From: Hyphochytrium catenoides
Lineage: Eukaryota; Protista; Hyphochytriomycota
DNA: 64,000 nt
NCBI GenBank assembly: GCA_900088475.1
Contig: FLMG01002851.1
Location: 27,422-91,421, forward strand
Direction: 5' to 3'
Positions 48,010 through 60,868 of the stretch are shown one piece after another. The position numbers were made by a program, and so were the translations under genes. The notes beneath the pieces were generated by a model, which saw nothing but the letters and a program-made list of their open reading frames with translations, did not search any database and was not told where the DNA came from. The number at the start of each line of letters is the position of its first letter. Position 1 is the first letter of the stretch.

Positions 48010-51000
48010 CTAACTCTGCGATCTCACCATTCCAGTCATAGGCCTCGCAGTAAGGTCTGGTGTAACCCCAGTCTGTGAGCGCGCCAATGATTTGCCCTCG
48101 ACGATCACACCTTCGTTTATGCAAAGAACATGCTATAGAACACAAGGGATAAGCAGCAGCGTCAATAGCAAGACTGACAGGGTGGACTAACCTGTAGGCC
48201 CTCCCCGCAATATGGCCCCGTCATAGTGGACCCATACAATGCGGCGGGCTTTCCTAGTAGGATTGTCTGACAAGCCGTCGGCAAATTCTCAGTCAGTCCC
48301 GGGTTACTCACGTTGCTGGGGCAATACTGACAATAACGGCACCTACCTCTGAGAAGTCCAGACCTGGCTGCTCAGCAGCAGTACTGGGTTCAGGTGCCTG
48401 ACGAAGGGAAGTGGCAAGGACCAGGAGATCGTCCACCCAGATCTCCAGGTGACTCACTCCGCGACTTGGAGTCTTCAAATAGTTCCAAAACTGGGGAAAT
48501 ATTATTAGAAGTCTCTTCGCTCTTGCTCTTCCAGCAAACATAACTTACCTTCACTGCTGAGATGCTGACAGCGTTGTCTGAGACGAGCCAGATAGTGTTG
48601 GGCGGAAGATTGGGTTCTGGAGTCAGGGTAGTACTTAAGGGGGCCAGCCACGCGTCGCAGCTGTTCAGGTTCCGCCCATTTACAAGATTTCCAGGCAGCC
48701 TGACATCATTAGGCTGGGCATGCTTTTCAAGCCGAGGATCTCTTAGGCTTGCAGGGTGGGCAAACACCTTGTATCCTCACTTAATACTATATGATGGCGT
48801 TCGTGTTTGGGAGAGAGACATATGCTCACCTGATCCTCCCGAAATGTGATCTCCCTGCCATGGCAATCGTAGACAGCGAGGCCGTTGAGTCCTACATAGT
48901 ACGGGTCGCCCCATGTTGCCCATAATACAAGCTTCAGTATAAAGCCCTGCGGAAGGCATGGCACCTCATAGTCGTGCCTAAAGTTTGAGGGCAAGCGATG
49001 CTCTCGGAGGAGGACTTTCATGGGCGGAATGGGATCTTGCTCCGTAGGGCCAAATTGAAGTTTTCCGTCTCTATTGACTACGCTGAATCCCTGGCCGTAC
49101 TCGAACTTATCCGTACCCGGTGCCTTCCTGATTATGAGACCCCCGAAACCGGAAACCGGCTCATTATCGAGGTAAAGCCGCAGGAGCTTAACGCCTGGTC
49201 GTAGTCACTAGTAAGAAAGTGCTTACATAGAGAAAAGCTAATGCATACAGTTACCTCGAAAAGAGTCATCAACAGATTTGTTATAGTTCCAAAATCGCAG
49301 CCCTGAGATCCTTTGGGGGTCTCCAAGGTCCAAACGGATGCTATTGCTGGCACCTGTGAGATCCCACTTGCTCTCAGCATTACTTTACAAGTTCATCCCA
49401 TTCTCTTTTCAGTCACCTGAAGTGAAGGGCACCAGCCACATGTTGCGGTCGTCCACAGTTAACGTCGACCTATTCAGCAGCTACACGACGATCCAAGGAA
49501 GTAGCATATGGACAGTCGCTTAGAAATGCCTCCCTGCGGCCAAGGAATAGCATAAAGCCGGCGCTTACCTTATCTATAGTGCGAGGGTCATTTTTATAAC
49601 CGAGCTGCGGATATTAAGCGAAACTTTAGATCAGAGAAGACTCTAGCAGAATGGAGAGGAAGTGAGCCATACCGTCGCCAAATCTCTAGGGGTACCATCA
49701 ATCTGAGAGGATGAGAGTGGAAGCGCTACCCCATTTTGGTCCAAAATTTCGATGCCAGTGAGTCCTACGAAGCTGGAGTCACCCCAGTTCATCAGGAGTT
49801 CAATTGCTAGCCGTCTTCCTACTAGAAGTTCTCGTCTGGCTGTGTGCCCAACAGTCAAACCAGCCATACTGCGAGAGATAGGCTCGCTGCCCTCGTGACC
49901 TTCTTGTACTGGGTCCATTGGCAGACCGTGGTCGGACTGTGGTACCTTTGCTTCCAGCACTGAAGGTCTCGCAGCAGTTTTGGGTCTCTCTAGAGGGATA
50001 GCGGTCGATAACCCTTCGAAGCTCTTTAGTTTGCCATAGAGGGCTTCATAACTCTCTTCGGGTTCTGGCACCATCGTCTTCTTTAAGAGCGCTGAACCCC
50101 TTCTTGAAGTCAGCCCACCACCATCTTCTCCAGTCTTACGGTCGCTAGTGCTCGGACGCTCATGCTCGAGATGCTGTAACGCTTTTCGTACCAGCTTGGC
50201 TGTCTCATCATCATAGACTTTACGATCATGCCGCTCGATCTCGCTAAGAATAGCGTTGTCTTTCGTGAAGAGAATTATCTCAGAGGATGTCTCAGGATCC
50301 GTCAAAAGACCTGGTGCCTTGCGGATCTCCCCTTCAAAGATGAGGATTCCGTCTAACGTTATCGCTATCCTTCGAACTCCTCGATAGCTGTGAATTCTAG
50401 ACTTATTATAGTTCCAGATACGGATCATTGCTAAGGTGATTCTGAAGTCAAAAGTGACCCAGATCTGGTTGCACTCTCCTGCAGGGAAAGTGAATGCGTC
50501 AGACCAGGGCAGACGGCAATCGACCAGATATTAGTCTCATTGGTTTTCATTGGATGGCAGGAAGACGCCATTGAGAGCTTGCCTAGCTCGCACCTTCAGA
50601 GAATGGGGCCAACCATACGTGTAGATCATCGCACGTAAAGTTCTTCCCATCAAGGAGCTTGTCCACGGTTCGCGGGTCATCCCCATAGCCAGGGAGGATA
50701 TTGACATCTGGAGGCTCAGCAACGATCGCGGTCTGTGTTGGAAGGGTATCATAGGAGAGCATCAGTGCAGCCTATCCCTTGGGATTTCGGAGCTGCAGAA
50801 GAGTGAAGTCCCCTACCTTCCTGTCTTTAAACTCTACTAAGCCACCTAAGCTGTCAAAGAACTCGAGACCAGACAGTCCAACATAATGCGGGTCACCCCA
50901 CGTGGATTCTATGCTAATGCACAGAACCTGGACGCAGAACACGACAGACGGAGTTCAAAGGCATCTTTTATAAGTGCATGACTGACAGGAGGCTCAAGGT

Positions 51001-54000
51001 ATCCTCAAATGTCAAGCTTCTTGTAAAACACATCTGCTCACCTGTCCGTCCGGCAACTCAGGGATCCGGACAACAGAAGGCCGCGGAATTGTTTCTATTC
51101 TCGTCCCTTGTGTCTCTTCTGTACTAACAGCACTATGGGCCTTTGAACCTTCGGCAGGTACTCCTGTCGGTTTGGACTCTAGCTGTCTATCACCGGGCGC
51201 AGAGAAAGCCGGTTGATTCTCTGCCATGACACTAACCCACGTTGATTGGTGCTGGGATCCCCCTTCGCCAGCTGCCGAGGACTCTTGATCACCGTCGTGG
51301 AAGGAGCCCTTGACTCCTTTGGGCTCCAGATGAAAGCCTCCCGCGAGCGCCAAACGCCCACGTTGACTTCTTTCAAACTTACTGATACTCTCCAACGATC
51401 TCGAGAGGGAAGTATCCGCTAAATTGGACTTTGCAGGATTGAGAGGAGCCACAGTTTGCTCCCGGATTCTGGCTGTCAGTGCGTCTTCGTGAAGCTTATT
51501 GCCCTCGCCACTTGAAGAGGCAAAGCCAATCCCGAATCCTTTCCTCTGCTCTCCCGATGCACCCTGTTGGCTAATCTGCCCATCAACTGCAGTAGATTGC
51601 CTCCTCCTTCTGCCGTGCGTTGAAGCCATGGCTCCACTGGTCAGCTCATCATTTCTCCGTGGGGTTATTTGCAAATCATCCAACCAGAGAGGTCTGGCTA
51701 TCGTGGAAGCAGATGCACCCACACGGGTGATATGTACCGAGCTCTGACGGGCTGAAAGACGCTCGGTCTCGATGCTAGAGTCACTCCTCGAGGTCCGCTT
51801 GACAGCATCAAACCCTTCTCTGTTTAGGGGTTCACTTCCGGGTAAGCCTCTTAGCTTAGGGATCTCCGGTTTGGAGGAGGACGCATGTACCGGCGGATCC
51901 GGGTTAGTGCAATGACCTCGTAGCTGAACCAGAAAGAAGGGCTACAAATTGGATAGTTAGAACGTATAGTCAGTATGTCATATAAGACGTGTCGTCACCT
52001 CCTTGGTGCTTGCTTGAGGTACGTCACCTAAAAACCGCCGAGCTCCGTCCATCAAAACCTCCAGCTCTTTGACCCCGACCGATGTCAGACTACCTTGCTG
52101 CACGTTACGTTAATAGCAAGCAATGAGAGGGAGCCCAACAGATAATGAAGAAGTATGAAACGCAAAAAGATAGAGAATGTTTAGCCATGTCGGAGCTCCA
52201 AATAGTCTAACAACAATGGTACCTCTACCGCAAAGAAGAGTTTAAAGGAGAGCCTTACCCTATAATTGTATATTCGGACGTACTCCAGCTCGGGATATTT
52301 TGGCAGAGTGATATGGACGCGGAGGGAACCTAGTAGGACCGTGACCGTGAGGAGAGTTGAAGCGACGAGCAGTACGAATAGCAAGAATGAAGATAACGAG
52401 TCACCTGACTCAGGCAGTCTTCCCACCCAGATGTATTTCGGGTCTCCAGTGAATAGTTTGATGACATCTCTAACCATTGTGCTCCCTGCCGACAAAAACC
52501 CATTGCTCATGCCAGTGGAGACTTTTACGGTTGTCGGAGGGACTTCAACTAGTTTCCCTTCAGTAGATAACAGCTCCACCTGGAACAAGTATGCTCAGTG
52601 TGTCCATCACTAATGATTGACAAAAGGTAGGAAAAGCTCTCCACCTTGTTTAGCCCAATGGATCTTCCGCCACTCCACGATGAGAGGAACTTGAGGACAA
52701 GCTCCACACCATTCGGGTCCTTCGTGTTGCTCTCTGTTACCGAGGAGACTGCCTCTACCTTCATTGTAGCGTGACGCATGGCGCCTAATCTGGTCCCTTG
52801 CTCTACTGCTCCCTCCGCCGTACCCAGCTCTTGTTTATGGGTAGGCAACGACACACCCTCTTGTGTCATTGCTCGCTTGTTCTCCGCTTCTAAGGTTTGA
52901 TTCAGGGTCATCAACATCTGTCTCCGCTTATCAGGTTCCAGACTTGCCAGCTTAAGAGCCAAGTCCGCAAGCTCACGCTCCTCATGAGCATCTTTGTCCA
53001 CATCAATCTCAACTCGTTCCTTCAGGCTAGCACCACCAGCAGGGCCCCCAATCTGATCTGTCGTAGACACTTCGTCATCCAATGGTTGAATCTCGGTCGA
53101 CGTCGAACCGCGTGCTGCCCCTTGGGCTTCGGTTACGCGAGGTTTCGTCACAGAAAAAGTTGGAAATGGTGAACGCATTTTGTACGAGTCCTATGATAGG
53201 TAAGCTTGTTAGTCCACTTGCCAATGCAACCTACAACCCATAAGAGTCGACCTTCTTCTCCAATAGCTCGGGCTGAGTGACATCCGGAGAATCTAAACTA
53301 GGGCTCGACGCAATGGCCACAGTCTGCAAACTCACAACTTTTGAGACCTTCCTGACACTGAGTGGCATTCGAGACTTCACTGAGCTGCGCTGCCCGCCTA
53401 GAGGTTGTTCCTGGTTCGCTTGTGCTGCTGTTGTTATCTTCGTCGGCGTCATATCACGTGGTGCTGCATGCATCGCGGTGCCTGCCGAGGCCTCAGTTGA
53501 AGGGGGCAGATGTTCCTCAATGACCTCAAAGTCGTCGCTATAGTCCATACCACCCTCAGAGGATGGCCTCCCTTCCTCTTGGTCCCACCCTGTCTCCAAT
53601 GGCTCTTCCTCTAGTATCTCCTCCTCCTGTTCTTCATGATGGTTTGCAGGGTTGCTCGGACTGCCAGCTTGTTGATTGTTGCTATCTCCTGTCTGAGCAA
53701 CTTGATCTGGAGACTGGGGATTTTGGTCATTTCCGCCCCAAGCCTGAGAGACCCCAATATCCTTCTCGACAGGGACTTGTTTAGTGCTGACATTAAGCTA
53801 CCTGGCCACGTCGCGGTCAATAGGCTTACCTCGTCATACCGCACAAGAATATCTGGCATGTTGCGTGTAGCTTCAGTCCTGGATTTTCAACTCAGACGTC
53901 AGATTCATGAGGGCTGCCCCAACTGCCACAGACGTACTTATCCCATTTCTTCTTAGTGAGTTGCGCTTGTCGGTCTATTCTCTCTGTCACAGGCACCGGA

Positions 54001-54307
54001 CGGTCACGCTCTTTGGAGCCGTCCCGTTTGGGCTTTCTAGAGGGAGCAGACTGCGACCTCCTGGATAAGAATCGCTGTTAGAAGTTTCAGCATGAGTGCT
54101 CGGGAGACAGAGGGAGAGGGCTTACTTTGTCGAGCTCTTGTTTGCCCCGGAGAATTGAGTGCTGAAGCCCTTCTCTTTAGCCTCGGATTCGCTCTTTTCT
54201 CTCTCTTCTTTGGCCCTCAGCCTCCTTTTTAACCTATTGCGCTCTTCAAGCTTCTTTATGTACTCCATCTGTTTCTCAGTGCTTGGATCAGGTCCGGCGG
54301 AGGCCAT
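48010..54307 (-). CDS. KATNIP: Katanin-interacting protein (KIAA0556/KATNIP, DUF4457 repeats), multi-exon
   Basis: N-terminal EYIKKLEERNRLKRRL..EKGFSTQFSGAN; repeated modules STWGDPHYVGLSGLEFFD, DPRTVDKLLDG..DDLHVWLAP, MIRIWNYNKSRIHSYRGVR..IFEGEIRKAPG, NWGDSSFVGLTGIE, TWGDPYYVGLNG, FWNYLKTPSRGV. ATG at 54307, stop at 48010-48012. Confidence 0.9.
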
Positions 54308-55441
54308 CGGGCGAGACTGGGCTAACATTGCTGGCTGAGCCTGCAAAAGAAGTATTAGTAGCATTCGTCCTTCGTCTAATCCAAGCCTAAATGTATCCAC
54401 TGACCCTATTGCCAACCCGCTGCCCCTGGTGCGCAGCGTAGCTATCCCTTGAGCCTGCGACAGGTACGATTAGAAGTCTCGGCGGGCAACATCTCGTTAT
54501 ACGACATGTGGGACATGGGGGTACGTACTCTGCATCACGTTTAGCGCGGAATGTCCAGAGCTCTCGCTGCTTCCAGCAAGGCTATTCTTGTAAAGACGAA
54601 GCATGCTACCCTCCTGGTGGTCATGAGCGCTTACTCCTGTTGCTGGCACCACCCAGTGGTCCTCCCCATACTTGTCGTAGTGTTGTGGCGGCGTCGCTGT
54701 GTTGGCCTCATACTCAGGACGAACCTGATGCCCAGCCGGAGCATCCTCAAAGTTGGGATCTGTAGGTCTCGCCCACCTCCTTNNNNNNNNNNNNNNNNNN
54801 NNNNNNNNNNNNNNNNNNNNNNNNNNNNNNNNNNNNNNNNNNNNNNNNNNGAAGTGACATCCCCCGACAGGATGCCATGATCCATCCCTACACATCATGA
54901 TGCACCGTCGCATCGCAGCGGTAGTCCTACGTTATGGGCGCAGCAACATGCCTGCGAGCTAAGATTGACTGAACGTAGAGATAGCTCCTTCTCAGATCTA
55001 CCAGCGGCGAAGCCTCATGGAAGCTGCATCATCAGGACATAACCTTCATAGTCACGCCCAGCCTGCAGACAATAGCGAAAGGCTTGGCGAAAGGTCATGA
55101 AATCAAGAGCTTTATTGGGTTCTGGTCCCAGCGCTCCTCCAGGACCAGATCACCGCCACGCCAGACATCCTCCAGGATCGATTAATAGCCAAAAGGGCCA
55201 AGTTAGTGGAGCTTCAGGCTTTGGATGCAGACACAGAACTCGATGATCTCCATTATGATCCCAGTGAATCACATGGCAGACTACCTCACTTCCCATTGGT
55301 TATGCAGCTCTATCTGACAGCTGGGAGGAAGGTACGAGCAGCGCCTGAAGGTGCAGGGTATGCCTCAGCATTGCAGCGGATACTGAAACCAACAAATTGG
55401 CCTGACGGAAAGACTCTGGCGGCGTGGTTTAGGCGACAGCA

Positions 55442-57950
55442 ATGATGGCCGAGAAACAGGAGGATGACCGACCCCAGTTCAGCCTTCCAAGTAAGCTAGT
55501 GTTGGTGCCCCTCATAGTGTGACGCGGACGCCTAGTCAATATTCTAACTCCTCAACTTCTAGTCCTTTCATATATCTCAACCACACAGCTTCAAAATGGT
55601 CTCAGACACGGCGATTATCAGCGGTATAGGTACGCGATTGACCTTCCATTGGGCTTACGGGTAGCACTACAGGTCAGACTTAATGTGGATTATTCGCTTC
55701 GTAGGCAGTATCTGACGCGAAGATTGCGCCGCCTGCGGAAGTCGATAAAGTTCACCTATGGGAAGGGCAAGCAGTTCACTTTTAGGAAAGTGAGTACAGA
55801 CAATGCTGAGAATGAAAGGTGAGGTAGATGCGGTTACGGAGCACCCAGACACCGAATAGTGATTGACCGTCCTGTCTTACACCCACTGCTTGCAGATTTC
55901 TCTTAGTTCCCTTACTCATTGCCGAAAGGGCCTGGGCTTATGCCATGCAGTTGCAACAGGACGCGGCAAACAACCAGGACAATAGCAGGATAAAGTTCCA
56001 CTTGTTGCGACGTCTAGGCAAAGCTGCCCAGTGGAGCAAAGAAGTGCAAGCTCTCTGCTCAGAGCTAGCAGATGGGTGGGTCCCCTAGACCCTTTTTCTT
56101 CCTCCATTATCAGCTCCGTTCTGACGTTATCACAGGAGGAGTTCCCTTGAAGCAGAAGCGTACGCCGCGTACATGAATGCCCTGTATGCACTAGAAAAGG
56201 AGGAGTGGCAGTCTGCTTACGATGGCTTTGTGACTGCCAGACGAATTTATGAGGAGGTGAGGGATGTAAGGTGTCTCTCTTCATCCAGGTGCTTACTTTC
56301 TTATGGAACGTTCGACCAGCTTGGCAAAGTTGGATCTCTAGCGGAACAGGACCTTTTCCAATCCCGAGTAGAGAAGATGAACCCTAACATTCGGTACGGC
56401 TATTGCTTTCCGTTGTTTATTTACTGTTACGTCTAAGATTGGTGGTCCTCTATGTCTAGGTATTGCAAGTACAACATTGATCTGCTTGGCAAGATGAGAG
56501 GGGATAAGGACAAGAGGGCGAACTCACAGCTGCGCTCAATAAGAGATGACAATGTGGATGACGCACTGCTACAAGCTAAGCTTGATGCAGTTCTTGGAGA
56601 AGAGCGCAAGAAGCAGGCTGAGGAAATGGTATCCATAAAGTGGCGAGGCCAGGATTTGCCTGTGCCAACCAGGGAGGTGAGATAGCAGGGTTACTCTACA
56701 TTGATCACTCTTTCTTTTGGCTGGCTCAAAAGCACTTCTGACATACTGACATCACTCGCCTCACAGATCGGCATGGCCTTGATTCGTGTGGATGAGCTCT
56801 CGAGTCGCCTAAGCGAAAATCGCCAATCTTCAGTCAAGAGTGGGGCTACCGACAATCTCTATCTCGAGATTTTCAGGTCAGTAATGCGTGCATCTATCAG
56901 CTAGCCTAAGGACGAGATAGTTAAGATTAAGTTATTCGCTGTCAATGCTAGCGCTTATGACGAGGCGCACAAGCTTGTGCTGGCTGAGAAGGACAAGATG
57001 AAGTCCATCACAGCAGGAGCCAAGGCTCAGCAGCAACAACAGCAGCTAGACTTGCTAGAAAGCTACATCAAACTCAAGAAGATTGCTAAGCTGGTGCGCT
57101 GTTCCTCGAAAGTGGCGATTATTCAGAAGTTGATCCATACGTTTGACGCTCTCCGTTGCATTTCTGTTCGGTGCAGATCGAGCGGCATGAGCTCACAGTT
57201 GAGGATCTAGAGAGTAAGTTAGGCGCTCAACAAGGTCAAAAGGCTGGCTCTGGAGCCGGCACTGGCCCTCACATCCGGCCTGAGGATATGATCCATATCT
57301 TTGACGTGCTACTCAAGAGTGTTTCAGACCTTCAAGGGCTCCCCGCCTCCGACGACTACCTTGAAAACGCCAAGGTTCAGGCTCTAGAACATAAATTTCA
57401 GAGCTTCAGAAGTTTCTATATTGCCGAAGCATATGCACATGCAGGAAAGGTAGGCAGAGCCACAACTTAGTCCTGGGCTGCACTTGGCCTTTCTCATTCA
57501 CCAAATCCTAACCTATTCTATGCAGTGGGCTGAAGCGTTGGCCGTCTATGAGCATGCAGCAAGCTTAGCGAGTGGGGCGGAAGAGGAATACAGAGAGGTT
57601 ATTGCAGGGGAGACTGAGGATATTGAAGCACTAGAACAACAAGTGGAGAAGCTCAGGCAGCTGGGANNNNNNNNNNNNNNNNNNNNNNNNNNNNNNNNNN
57701 NNNNNNNNGGAAGGTGCAGACGCTGTTGGACAGGCTCGAGCAGTATGATGCTGGTGAAAAACTGAAGCACTTCGGACTAGTAGAAGTCCCTCCTGCCCTG
57801 CAACCAATGCCATGCAAGCCTCTCCTATTTGACATTGCCTATAACAGCATTACTCTGCCCGACATTGCTAGTCGCACGAAGACCAAGGAGCAGCAAGAGA
57901 AGGAACTGGCTAAGCAGAAGCAGGGCTGGTTTGGCTGGCTGAGAGGATAG
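55442..57950 (+). CDS. SRP68: Signal recognition particle subunit SRP68, multi-exon; N gap near the 3' end
   Basis: QNGLRHGDYQRYRQYLTRRLRRLRK, LLIAERAWAYAMQL, FHLLRRLGKAAQW, LEAEAYAAYM, PNIRYCKYN, PPALQPMPCKPLLFDIAYN, C-terminal GWFGWLRG*. Confidence 0.95.
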
Positions 57951-58125
57951 CGGTGCCTTGTCGGACTTAGACGTCTATTTGCGAGCTGGCAACGAGTGCG
58001 TGAGGGTTAACACGGGATGGGGCGAGAGATAATATATTGTGAAGCTGCAACAAACAATACTGCCCTATACATAATCTGATTACCTTATCAAGCCAAACAC
58101 CCTATTATTGGTCATAGTTCTCTTA

Positions 58126-59675
58126 TTAGATGATGGGGCTGTACTCGACTACACGCCCTCGCATGGCCCGTCTAAGACGGTGTCTAGCACTGAACAGCAT
58201 AACTGCCAGAGCGACAATAGCCACTACAAAGACTGCACTGACGGCAAAGGACTGGGAAGATTGCGTGGCCTTGGGCATTGCAACTTCGAGCTGTTGCGTA
58301 TTCGCCTTAGTGTCGGCGACAGAGATACTGGCCAGCTCTTCCACAGTCGTGTCCGCCTTCATGTCGACAATCCCATATTGAGATCCCCCGTACCGAGGAT
58401 GTGAACCCGCCGACAGCTTGAACTCTGAGAGATCAGGCTCCACCCACCTTTCCGTAATGTCAGTGAGATCCTTTAAGAATGACTAAAAGCCAAGCAGACC
58501 TACCAGCAGTCGCTCTCAATGGCAATGTTGTCGACGCCCCTAACTACCTTGAAGAAGCCGTTCATCCCCCAGTAAGTACCTGAGAACAGAGAGACCGTTA
58601 GCAATGGCTTTACATGGTAGGAGAGAATATAAACAGATACACAAGCAGTGGGCAGCATTCCAAACAAAGGCAACCGGTCCATATGGGATTGCTGTGCTCA
58701 CCCCATGAGTTCCGGACATGCCAGTACTTGACGCCGTCTTCTTCTCCCCAACCCACAACTTCAATATCATGGTCGACATCGCGGTTGTTTGTCTTGTCTA
58801 CGTTGTCAAAGGTTAGAAGCCTTTCAGAAGATTAAGTAGCAGAGTACTGGATCAAACCTTCAAAAATGCCTGAGCGATAGTCGTACGTGAAGCCATCTGG
58901 GCATGAGATGCCGCACGTAATCGGTCCACGCTTGTAGATTTCCTTCATCATTGCCGCCTCGCCAACGACACGTCCCCATTTCTTGGCGCGGTAACGCGTG
59001 AAGGTCTTTACGGGCCAGCAGTCAGTCTTCTGCGTCCCCTGAATGTACATGCAGTTCATGCATTCGCCGACAGCAGGACACTCTGAAGTCGCATCTCCAT
59101 ATTTGGTGTTGTCGGTCGCGTTGTACGGGAGACATGATTCGTCCGGAAGCCCATATTCCTTCATGTACCCATACACTTCAGCTGGTTCACCGCCGTTGCA
59201 TCCATTAGTATAGTTGCGGCCTGGTGCGCAGTTCAAAAATGTTTGCCTAGACAGAGTGACGGCGACGCCTTCAATCAACGCTCGGTCTTGGTAAGCAGAC
59301 AATGAACCATGCAGGTAGCAGGAGCCGCAGTACTCTGTCGAGGGGATAGAGGAAGGTGGTGAGCCAGTAGAGTGATATGGTAGCAGGATATCATTCTCAC
59401 TTACGAGGGATATGCTGGTTCCAAGATGGGCCGCAGAACCCCTTCTCGCACCAGTCGAAATGCTTAGGCAGAGAGCGGAGATCCTCCAGCTCATCCTGAG
59501 TTACGGACGGTGCCTTTTGCTCACGAGGATGCGGACGAGGAGGATGTTTGAATGTGCGCTTACTCATCTTCGCACTCTTCTCTGGCGCGTAGGTGTGAGT
59601 CGAGCCGGCTGGGGACGCAGTTAAAGCGGCCGCCATACCAAGAGCGAGCACCCATCGAGACACCATGTTTCTCAT
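58126..59675 (-). CDS. CTSZ: Papain-family cysteine protease, cathepsin Z/X type, with a signal peptide and a C-terminal transmembrane anchor
   Basis: Signal peptide MVSRWVLALGMAAALTA; short pro-region (PRPH..LPKHFDW); cathepsin X mini-loop NQHIPQYCGSC; GCNGGEP; EIYKRGPITCGI; DVDHDIEVVGWG; WHVRNSWGTYWGMNGFFKVVRG; TM segment FAVSAVFVVAIVALAVMLFSA and tail ending EYSPII*. Confidence 0.92.
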
Positions 59676-60231
59676 TCAGCTGCCAGACTCCAGCTAACTT
59701 TCAATCTGACGCCGCTTTCACGCCTATCGCCTCCCTCCTTTGACACAGAGGAAAGACTGTGTGGTTAAAATCACAGAGGAACAAGCGTAAAAATAGCAGC
59801 TTCAAGAGGTGTGGCGCTTCAGGAGCCTCTCTCAGCCATCGCGCAGCCATGCACTCTCACTCACATCATGGGCTCATCGCTGAGACGAAGCTCTGGAAGC
59901 CGCTGAACCGCAAAGGATTGTAAAAAGATCTTCGTCGCTTCCACAGCAACCACATCATTAGGAAAGCGAGATCTCGGAGTAGAGTAACTGCAAACATACA
60001 CTAGGTTTAGTATCCCAGCTCCGCGATGGTGCCATTTAAGTCAACGGTCATCTAGATCATCACGACAGGATACTAATTTGTGGTAATCGTTAGCCTCACA
60101 GCTCTGATCTGAGCGGTGGCTGATCTGATAGATGGGGTGTTTTGCTTTCAACGGACTTTGGAGTATTGATACCAGTCATTTATTACTGGCACTTTGAGGA
60201 GGTTTATACCCTCCTGGGGACAATATTACTA

Positions 60232-60246
60232 CGCCCAGAGTTTGAA
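60232..60246 (+). promoter_or_regulatory. Candidate CDE/CHR-like cell-cycle element upstream of the E2F7/8-like gene
   Basis: CGCCC-AGAG-TTTGAA: a GC box, a 4-nt spacer and TTTGAA. A second similar motif, TCGCGGC-AGAAA-TTCAAA, lies at 60371-60388. Function is inferred only. Confidence 0.3.
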
Positions 60247-60868
60247 TTTTTGCATTCACCAGCTACTCGAGGATCCATTTTGGCAAGGGGCCTGACGTAG
60301 CTCTGAAAACAAAACCTACGGGGAGGAAGTCACTCAGGGAACTGGGGGAGCTAGGGGGGTTCGTCCGTTCTCGCGGCAGAAATTCAAATCTCATTTTGGC
60401 ACCGGACAAGGCAAAAAGTGCAAAGGGTCTGGATGATCATCTGCGATCGATGAAGTGCCTTCTTCGGCTTCAAAAGTCTGCAGGCGGCGCGCAGAGCTGG
60501 AGAGTTTTATGCTCAGAGGGCATGAGATGGATGATGGCTGATGGCACTGATCGCCGCATTAGACGGTCAGAGCCTTGCCAGACCTTATAGACTGAGAGCT
60601 ACAATTTTACTTCTAGTGCGGTTAGCAGTAGGTCTATCCAGACGCCACTGTCAAGATACATATGCCCACTTCGGTCACGTAAGTTCGCGCAGCCACGGAC
60701 TGCGAAAGAAAAAGGCTGGAGAAGCAGACCAACTCTCTTCTTATACGCATTTTGGCACACGCTCTGCCTACGCCAGACCTTCCGTTGATAGTAGATTATC
60801 GCACCGGCAGCCGTCCTTCTCAAAAAGCACGTTTGTCTTTGGAAAAGACCAGATAAGGATAGCCTAGA

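Larger units (their letters stand above)
26640..57708. other. Assembly gaps (N runs) at 26640-26691, 27731-27802, 28302-28357, 44913-44953, 54783-54850, 57667-57708
   Basis: Runs of n in the sequence; four fall within or next to coding exons, so the gene models there are incomplete. Confidence 0.99.

Noticed and set aside
54497-54913. 138-aa minus-strand ORF between KATNIP and SRP68
   Set aside because: Spans an N gap and has no recognisable homology; cannot be supported as a gene, though it is not excluded.
54285-55200. SRP RNA next to SRP68 (TCAGGTCCGG motif; hairpin tctggtcc..ggaccaga at ~55121-55149)
   Set aside because: The motif lies in KATNIP coding sequence and lacks the helix-8 GNRA context; no Alu-domain or long-helix pattern.
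59920-60260. Possible snRNA (Sm-site-like AATTTGTGG at ~60075 and AATTTTTG at ~60245; U11-like AAAAAG start)
   Set aside because: No U1/U2/U4/U5/U11 signature sequence at the proper spacing; short matches are expected by chance. An Infernal scan would settle it.
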